A DNA stretch of 50,638 bases from positions 1 through 50,638 of IMG/VR virus record IMGVR_UViG_3300045922_000571; one strand, written 5' to 3'. The stretch comes from a virus (taxonomy: Duplodnaviria; Caudoviricetes). A program made the translations under genes and the position numbers. The notes below the pieces were generated by a model. It worked only from the letters and a program-made list of their open reading frames with translations. It was not told the DNA's origin and did no database searches. This document shows positions 17,301 to 26,300 of this stretch, one piece after another. Within the stretch, counting starts at the first letter, position 1. Every line of letters starts with the position of its first letter.

Positions 17301-20300
17301 AGACTTCTGAGAGGATTCCTCAGGGGCAAGCTCTCCGCCCAAGGCGCTCGTTGCGGCGTCGAGAAGATCGTCGATCGAAAGCCCAGAAGCTGCGGTCAGG
17401 TCGCTTCCGGGTTCAATGACTACAGGTCGGCTACGTCGGGGTTGGCGGCTCGGACGAGAGCTCGGAGGACGCTCGGCGGGTCCAGTTTCGGCCAGTGGTT
17501 GCCCGCTATGTTCAACTGGCTCATGTCCAGTTGGTTCGGCGTGTTGAACTCCTCCAGCTTGTTGACCAGCAGCTCCGCCGGCCAGCTCTCCATGGGGACC
17601 AAAAAGGCTTCCTTGATCGTCCAGACGGGGACGCCCAGCTCCTCCGCCAGTTGCTTGGTCTGCTCCGGATACTCCAGGTAGGCCAACCAGGCCAGGCGCA
17701 GCGCCGCCTCCTTGGCCAGCTTCGGATTCAGGCCGCCCAGGCGCTCCTTGGCTTGCTTGGTCAGTTCCACCTTGGGTTGCGGCCGCTCCGGGCGTGGCAC
17801 CTGGTCGAACTCCCGGCCGCGCTGCATCATCTGCGCCCAGAATTCGTCCCGGGAGGATTGCCCGGAGGGCTTCATAGGCCTCCTCAACCGAGTTATAACT
17901 CCCCTGGGCGACGTTGGCAAGCTGTTGCGCCAAGGTAGCGCCAGGGGTGGGACCCGTCTTGTCGATGACGATCACCTGCACCGGCATCGAGGTGCCGTAC
18001 TTGGCGTACTCTTTGCCGCTGAGCCGGACATTCGCCAGGACGTTGTAGTGGCCGACTGTGCGCTCCCAGTAATGGCGCGCTCCGGGAGCGTTGATTCCGG
18101 CGCCTTCGACGCGCTCGAAGCCCGAGCGCCCGCCAGTGAGCAGCGCGACGAGCCGCCCGCCCGGCTGGAGGCGCTGCAGCGCCTGATCGAGATGCATGAA
18201 ACCGTAGCGCAGGTTCTTGAGCGCCCCGCCTGCGGCGCGCGTAAACGGCGGGTTCATGACGATCAGCGTCGGCCGCACGTCGCGCTCGAGCAGCGCGTTC
18301 AGCACCTCGGCGTTGTGGCGCGTCGCTTTGGGCAGGCCGATCGCTTCCGCCAGCTCGGCGCGCTGCGGATCGATTTCGTTGAGGTGCGTGCGCGCCACCA
18401 GCGGCTCGAGCAATGCGGCGAGGCCTCCGACGCCGGCGGAAGGCTCGAGAAGCACGTCGTCCGGGCGCGGCTCAGCGAGCTTGGCGACCAGCAGCGCGAT
18501 GGTCGGTGGCGTCGAGAACTGCTGTAGGTCGATCTGCTCCTGATTGCGCACCGTCTCGGTGGCGAGGCGGCTGAGGACGCCGCGGAGTTCGCGTGCGGCC
18601 TCATCGAAAGGCATCTGGATGAGCCTGCTGGCGTGGTCGCGCAGCCAGGAATTGACGGCGGCCTCCTGCGCCTCGTAGAGATCGCGCATCTCGAAGGCGC
18701 CTGCGGCGCGCGTTCCGCCGAAGATCTCCTCACCGATGCGCTCCAGCCGCAGGCGAATGTCTTCGGCCGACTCGATCGCCTCGCGGATGCGCCGCACCAG
18801 CCGGAGCAGCGCATCCTTCCGGCTGAGCGGCCCGGCCGCTTCAGGCTCGCGCCGAGCGCGGCGCGCGGCATCGGCCAGATGCCTGAGGTCGGGCTCTTGC
18901 GCCGCCATTCTCTCGATGGCTGCGTCGAGATCCCCGGTCTGGACGTAGGCCTGCTGTAGGCCGATCAGCCAAGCGAGAGCTTGCTGGTGATCTTCGTTGC
19001 TGCCGTACCAGTGCAGCTCTCCCTTCAAGTCGACAGCGCCAACGGCGCGCGCCAGGGCGCGCACGACGGGGTGCTGGCTGTCCAGGCGCTCGAGATCGAC
19101 CCACTGGTAGCCGGTCTCGCGCTCGAACTCCTGGACGCTCGGCCAGACGCGCTCGCCCGTGGGAATGCCATTGAACTCTTCGGTGGCGATTACGCGATCC
19201 CCATCGCGCTTCACAGTCCAGTAGTGCGGCTCTCCGGTCTGTGGATCGGTTCCGAGCTGGATTTGCGCGCCCTCCCAGGCTCGCTTCGGGGCCCCAGCGG
19301 CGAGGCCAGCGCCGCCCGCGGCCGGCGGGGCAGGCGCCGGCGCGGGTTGCGGCGCGGGTTGCGGCGCGGGAGTGTCGATGACCTCTGTGATCTTCAAGGC
19401 GCGCGACATCCGCTCAATGGCGCGGCGGTTCTTTTCGGTGTTGTCGACCAGCCACGCCTTGCGGTTCGGGTCCCACTTGGCTCCGGACAGCTTGGCGATC
19501 ATGCGCCGCCAGCGGTAGGTGTCGCCAGTGACGGCGATCTTTTCCGCCTTGGGCGGCGCAGCGGGAGGTTGGGGCGCGGGCGCAGGCGCGGGAGCAGGCG
19601 CGGGAGCAGGCGCAGGCGCAGGCGCGGCTTCGGATTCGAGCGGTTCCAGGTCGCTGTCGGCGGTCTTCCCCTGCCGGATCGCTTCGGGCGACTGGAAGGA
19701 ATCGACCCGAATCACCCAGCGCGGATCGCTCGGGCGCGGGCGCAGCTCTTCGAGCGATCCAACGCCGCTCAGCCGCCACCCATCGCCGCTGTCGATGATC
19801 GAGTAGTGCGTCAGCTCGGGGTGGCGCTGGCGGTATTCGGCAAGCGTCTCGGCGTAGCCCTGGCGCAGCGTCGGCTTGATGTAGCGCTCGAAGCCGTATT
19901 CGTTGAGCGGGAGGATTTTTTGGCGGGTGCCGAATGCCTGCCCCCCCTCTTTGTTGCGCATCCACTGGTAGAGTTCCACGCCCTCTCGAGGCGGAGCTGA
20001 CGGCGGCGGAGGCGGCGCGGCAGCCTGTTCAGCGGACTCTTCCGGCGGCAGGACCTGCTCGCGGAGTTTCTGGTACTCGCGCTCGAAAACCGGCGCATAC
20101 TCCTGCACCCACTCGGGATCGGTCGATCGGTAGGGACGCCACCAGCCGTCTTCAGTGCGCGTTGCGTACGTGTCACGAGGCACGCCGAAGACTGTCGACC
20201 AGCCAAGCACCCTGGCGTAGAGCTTGTTGCGATCCGCCGGATTCGGCGCTGCCGGGCCGATTACTTCGATGGTTATTACGTAGTCAGAGTCATCGAGACG

Positions 20301-23300
20301 GAACGGATCGCCTTGGACGGTCTGGGGCCACTTCAGGCGGATCTTGCCCCCCTCCGGCGGCGGTTCCGGAGGCAAGACGTGCTCCAGAAGCTTCTGGTAC
20401 TCGCGCTCGAAGGCCTCAGCGACGCCCGCGATAAATTGCGGGCTGGTACGCCCGGCGGGATGCCAGCCGCCTTCGGGCGAACGCGTGGCGATTTGGTCGC
20501 CGGGAGCGCCGCCCGACCAGAAGTTGGCCGTTCCGTAGAGCTTGCCGCGGTTGGCCGGGTTGGGCGCCTGAGGGCCTATGACCCCAACGCGCACAACGTA
20601 GTTGAATTCGCCGACACGGAACGGTGGGCTTTCTAAGCTCTTGCCGTGGTCGAGGCGGATCTTGCCCCCCTCCGGCGGAGGCGGCTCGTAGGCTTCTTCC
20701 TCCGGGGCAGGGGGCGCTTGCGGAGGCTCTTGCGGGCGCAAGCCGCTGGCCGGTTGCTGGACCTGGCCCAGTTGCGGGCGGAAAGCTTGCGGCTCGACGT
20801 GCACGATTTCGCCGGCGGCCTGCTGCGGCGTCGGCGGTGCTCCGGGCACGGTCTCAGCCATAGGTAGCGCCAGCTCCGGCGCTTGCGGGCGCAAGCCGCT
20901 GGCGGGTTGCTGGACCTGGCCCGGTTGCGGCCGGAAAGCTTGCGGCTCGACGCGCGCGGCTTCGCCGGCCGCCTGCTGCGGCCCTAGCGGCGTCTGGACA
21001 AATCCAGCGCGGCCAGGAGCTGGAGTTTCCGTAAGCCGTCCAAGCCACTGCTCGGCGCGCTCGGCGATGCGCTCGTAGGAGGCGCGGCGCTCCTCCCAGT
21101 TCACGCTTCCGGGCTGGACTTTGGCGGCCTGCGCGCGCGTCCGATCGCGCAAGTCCTCGAGGATTTCCCGCGCCGTCACAGGGCGGTTCTGGGAGCGGAT
21201 CACCGGGCCGGCGATCGCAGCGAACTTGTCGACCATGCGCACCGCGATCGCGATGTCATCATCGGAAGTCCCTGGGGTGGCCAGCAGGCGGACGAGCTGT
21301 CCCGACCACCGCCCGTGAGCGCCGGTTGCGGCGCCCATCGGGTACTTCGCCGTGGCATATTCCAGATCTTCGTACTCGGCCTCCTGCTCTAAAGCGCTCT
21401 TGGGCGGCGCGGCCGGAGCTTCCGGAGGAGCTGCCGGAGCTTCCGGCGGGGCGAACAGATCCAGTTGCGGCGTTGCCGCTTTCGGGCCGCGCTGTCGCGG
21501 CCGCGCGGGAGCAGAGGCAGGCGGAGCCTGCTCACCCTCGGGGCCTTCCACGAAATGGACTGGCGGGCCGAGCAACACGTACCGCTTGCCCCGGTAGGAC
21601 GGCTTGACGCCGTGGTAATAGCCGAGCGGGTCACGCAGATCGTACTTCGGGCTTCCTTGGAACTCCTCAGCCGGACGCAGCCGATAGGCTTCGTGGTAGC
21701 CCTCCCCGGGCACGTCGCTGCGCGAAATGGATACCGTCACCCATTGCTCGCCATTCCAGTTGAACGGCCGCCTGATCCGCGGGTTTTTCTTGCTGCTGAG
21801 CAGGTCCCCGGAGTAGGCGTCCCAGATGTCGCCACCGGCGTTGAGGCGGGCGGGAGCGACTCGGATGCGCTCCGGCTCCTGGATCTGCTCGGCAGCGGCG
21901 GAGGCCTCCGCCGCTGGAGCGGCTTGGGGCTGCTCTGAGGCGCTCCGGATCGCCTCGCGCCGCTTCCAGAGACGCTTGGCCGACTCCGTCTGCGCTGGGG
22001 CGGGGATGACGCGCGCAGGCGCGCCGATGCGGGCCGAGTGGGCCTGCTCGGCGGCGTCGTACATCGCATTGGCGATGCCGCGCCCGCGGTAGGACGGGAC
22101 GACCGCCACGTGCAGCGGCACCAGCTCGGAGGCCTCCGGCGTGCGCCCGGAGATGGCGCCGAACTTCGGCCCCTCGGCCAAGCGGGCGTAGCCGACCACG
22201 TTCTCCGGCTTGAGTCCGCGCTGGGCGAGCTGCTCGCGCCACGCTTTGCTGCCAGTGATGCCGTCGAGGTGGTAGTCGGCCAGATAGCCGGTGATGGCAT
22301 CCTGTTCGCGGCCCAGGCTGGCTTTCGGATGGGCTGCGATGACTACGTAGCCCTCGGGGCTGGGGAGAGTGACGATCTGGCCGCCGGAAGCGGCAAAGTC
22401 ATCCTCTGCCGGGCGGGCCAAGCTGGGGTCGAACAGCAGGTAACTCGTTGCCCGCTTGCCCGTGTCGCCATGCCACTCGTTGATCTTGGCGCTGTCGTAG
22501 CCAGCCTTGCGCAGCGCCTTGGCAAGCTCCTCGCCGGCGAAGTCTCCGAAGTACTGGAGAAGCTCCGCGCCATCGGGTTCGGCAAAGCGCAGCCGCTTGT
22601 CCAGCTCGGCGCTCACCTCGACGCCGTTCTCTTCAAGGAAGCTGCGTAAGGTTTCCGGCTGGACAAATTCGTCGGCTTCGAAGCGGCTCGAAAGGTCCAG
22701 CGTGCGCTTCGGCGAAATCAACAGCCGCTGCGTGTAGTCGCCGAACGCCTTGCTGTAGTCCCGGTCTTCGGTCACGTACAGCACGCCCTTGTCGTTGAGC
22801 GCAATTGGGGCATTCGGGGTGCGCGAGGACCGGAAGACTTCGATCTCAGGCGCAGCGGCGCGCACCGGCTGCTGAGCGCGGAGGCCGCTCGCAGGCCGCC
22901 GAATTTCCGGAGGCCGGGTCAGGAACACGGGCGCGCCGCGCTGGGGCTGTTGCTGCCCGCCTGCCGGAGGAGCCGGAACCGGCGCCGGACCCGCCGCGGG
23001 CGGCGGCTGAATTTGCGGCAACGCAAGCCCTCCAGGCTGCCGGATCGCTGGAGGGGCAGTGATGAACCTCGGGGTGCGGCCGGCAGGGCTGGCAGGCTCC
23101 GCAGCGGGTCTGGGAGGGGTTTTGACGAAGCCCGCCATCGGCGGCGGCTGCGGCTCCGGGCGCTCGGCTTGCTGAGGCGCAGGCGGGGCAGACGGGGGAG
23201 TCGGCGCGGCTTGCTGGGGAGCAGGGGGGGCAGCCGGGGCGGCTGGGGAGGCAATCCCCTGCGGAATGATCCGCTGAGCGCTGCCAGGGCCGGCTACCGC

Positions 23301-26300
23301 ATCGACAGCGCGTGCGATCAGCTCGAGCTTGCCGGGTACCGTGACCTGGCCGAACAGGTTGGCCTGGTCGGGATGGCCGAAGGCGCGCACCTGATCGGCA
23401 TAGGCGCGCAGGATCTCGGCAAGCTGGCGCGGACTGTTGCCATACTGGTCAAAGACACGCAGCCATGCCTCGCCTTCGGGCGCTAGATCGCGCCCGAACA
23501 TAGGCTGCTGGAGCAGATAATCCTCAACCGTTTGGGAACGGGAGCGCAAGTAGGCGAGCTTGCGCGCCGCCGCAGCAATGTCGCGCGCCGCCGAGAGCGG
23601 CTGGAGCGCTCCAGCCTGAATGTCGGCTTCGAGCCGCGCCATCTGCGGCGCTGCCCGCAGCAGGCCGTCTGTGATGCGCCGCGCGGTGTCGTCACGCGCC
23701 TCGGCCATGCGCTCGACGCCGGAGACGTCGCCGCCATAGGCAGCGGCAAAGATCGCGTTGCGCAGCCTGCGCTCGCCGTCCTGATTGAGCTGGCCGTCGC
23801 GGTCCATGTAGGCGCCGCGCTCGGCGGGCGGCACCGCGAGGTCAAAGAACTGCCGGATGAACTCGGCGTTGGCCTGCGTGCCGATGTCGCCGCTCTCCGA
23901 CGGCTGGAAAGTAGCGAGCAGGTCCGGCGTGAGCTTCTTGGCGTCGCTGGCGGCCAGCTCCGCCGGGCTGCGGCGCGCCACGGTCTCTGCATTGGACTCG
24001 TCAGCGAACCGGCCAAGAGCCACCTTGCCGACGAGCACGCGGCGCAGAGACGGCATCTTCATGGCATCGACCGCCGCCGGGTCGAGGCCGACCTGAGGCG
24101 CAAGCCGCTTCAAGTAGTCGCGGTAGGCGGCGGCGCGCTGCGGATAGAGTTCGTACATCAGGCGCTGGGCCAGCGTCCGGCCATTGCCGGAGATGGTCAC
24201 CATGCGCCCGTCCGGGAGCACGACGTCGATGGGAGCGCCTTGGCTGGCGAGGCGGCTCGGCCCGGCCTGCTCCGGATCGAAGTTGCGCGCCAGATCCTCG
24301 ATCTGGGCGCGCGAAGCCGTCCGAGCGCGTTGGCGGCCCTGGTACTGCTGCGGGTAGAGGGGGTTTTCGTTGCCGGTGAGGTCGTGGGAGACGACGACCG
24401 GATCTTCGGCTAAGTCAGCGAGCACCCACTGCGCTTGCGCGGGAGTGCCTTGCGGAGTGACGACCTCTTCGACTTTGCCGCGGCGGCCTTCCGGGAGCGC
24501 CGAGGCCTCCGGAGCCTCATACTCGGTCTCTCCTTGCGCCTGGCTGCCCACCGCCACGGTCGTCAACGGCGGCGGCGCGTGGCCGATGAATTTGCCTTCC
24601 GAGTCGAGTTTTTGATCGCGGATCAGCTCGGCCATGATCCGCGCTGCCGTGTCCCGGTCTACGCCCAGTGCGTTCTGGATGCCGATGCGCCGGATGCGCC
24701 CCTCGCGCTGGGCAATGGCGAGCGCTTCGCTTTTGAGCTGCTCAATGTCCTGCGGCGCTCCGGGCGCACCGGGGGCTTGCGCGGTGGGAGCCGTTGCGCC
24801 GGGCTGGCCGCCTGGAGGCGTTTCGGGCCCCATCGAGGGCAGTTGGCCCGCGATGCTGTAGTACTTCCGTCCGTTGCGATCCTCGACGGCGACGGCGCCC
24901 TGGTCGTAAAGCTCGTCGAGGATCTCCCGAGTCAGGCGCGGAGAGATCGCCAGCTCGTCGAGGATCTCTTGCCGGGTAACGGGCCGGCTCTTGCTCCGGA
25001 GGTAGTCGAGGATCTGCTGGGTCTGTTTGGAGAGATCGACTGCGGGACCAGGCGGCGCTGTGGGAGGGGTTCCTGGGCGAGCCGCTGGCGCGCCTGCGCC
25101 TTCCGGCAGTTCCGCTTGGCTGCGCTCGCGCGCCGCCTCGTGCGCCCGCCGGAGGATCGGCTCGCCAATTAGCACAGATGCGCCCGCGCCGATGGTGGAT
25201 TCGAGCAAGCCTTCGTCGAGCGGGCGGCCCGAAGCGTAGTTGGAGGCGATCTGCTGGGAGTTCTCCTGCGCCACCTCCATGGCCGCATCCCAGAGGATGC
25301 GCTTGACGGTGCTCGCCGCGCGCGGGTCGTACAGGCCCAGGGCGTTGAACAGGACCGTCGGCCCGGCGGAATACAGCGCCGACTTGCGCGCGATCTCGGC
25401 CGCCTCTTCGGGCGTTTTGCCCTGCTTGGCCGCCTCGGCGGCGTCCATGCCCGCCTGGGAGATGGTTTCCAGAGCGCTGCCGGTAGCGAGCATTCCGGCA
25501 GCGTTGGCGATCTGAGCGGCGCGGCCAGTGATGCCAGCGAGGCGCACCAGCCGGTCGACCACTGCGCCCGTACCGGCGGCCGAGCCGGCAAAGCCTGCCA
25601 TCGAACCCATCGCGCTTCCGGTGACGCGCGCCCACCACTCCGGCGCCCAAGTCTCCGGCTCGCCTTGGGGTTGATAGAAGAAGTTCTCCAGCGTCTCGCC
25701 AGTCGCCGCGATCGCGTTGCCGATCGAGCGCATCACCGGCGAGTCCTGGCTCTGGCTGGCGATGAACTGCCCAAGGCCGGTGCCCAGCCCGATAGCGCCT
25801 TTGACGAACGAACCCAGAAACTCTGATCCGACCTTGCCCAGGCGGCCGGGCAGCGGAGCGTTCTCGGCGCTGTAGAGCGCCTGCTCGGGCTTGGTGCCCA
25901 GCAGGTCGAGCGGAACCGGCTCGATCGGCGCGCGGGCTTGCGGCACGCCCGGAAGCTGGCCGCCGAGGCGCTCGGTGCCGGGGATCGGGCCTTGGGCGTA
26001 GCGCTGGAGATTCTCCTCATAGAGCCTGCGGCCCAGCTCGAATTGCTTGGCAGCCTGGTCGAGCGCCTGGACCTCGGCCTCCAGCGCCGAACGGCCCGCC
26101 TCGAACTCGTTCATGCGCTGCTGGTAGCCCTCGACCAGCGGCTGGACGATTTTCGGCCCCGAGCGGCCGAGCAAAGCCGACAGCCGCCCGACTTCGACCG
26201 GCGCTAACTCCAGCTCCGAGCGGCGCTGGTGAAGATCCTTCGACAGCGCTTCGATGCGCGCCCGGCGGGCATCGATATCCGCCGCCAGACGCTCAAGCTG

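Noticed and set aside
19555-19630. (PA)n repeat in the giant ORF as a contingency locus
   Set aside because: In-frame 6-nt units with varied codons encoding an ordinary Pro-Ala linker; slippage would not shift the frame.
20984-21050. Second nested gene in a low-GC3 patch of the giant ORF
   Set aside because: The alternative frame is short, bounded by stops, and lacks a convincing start or RBS.
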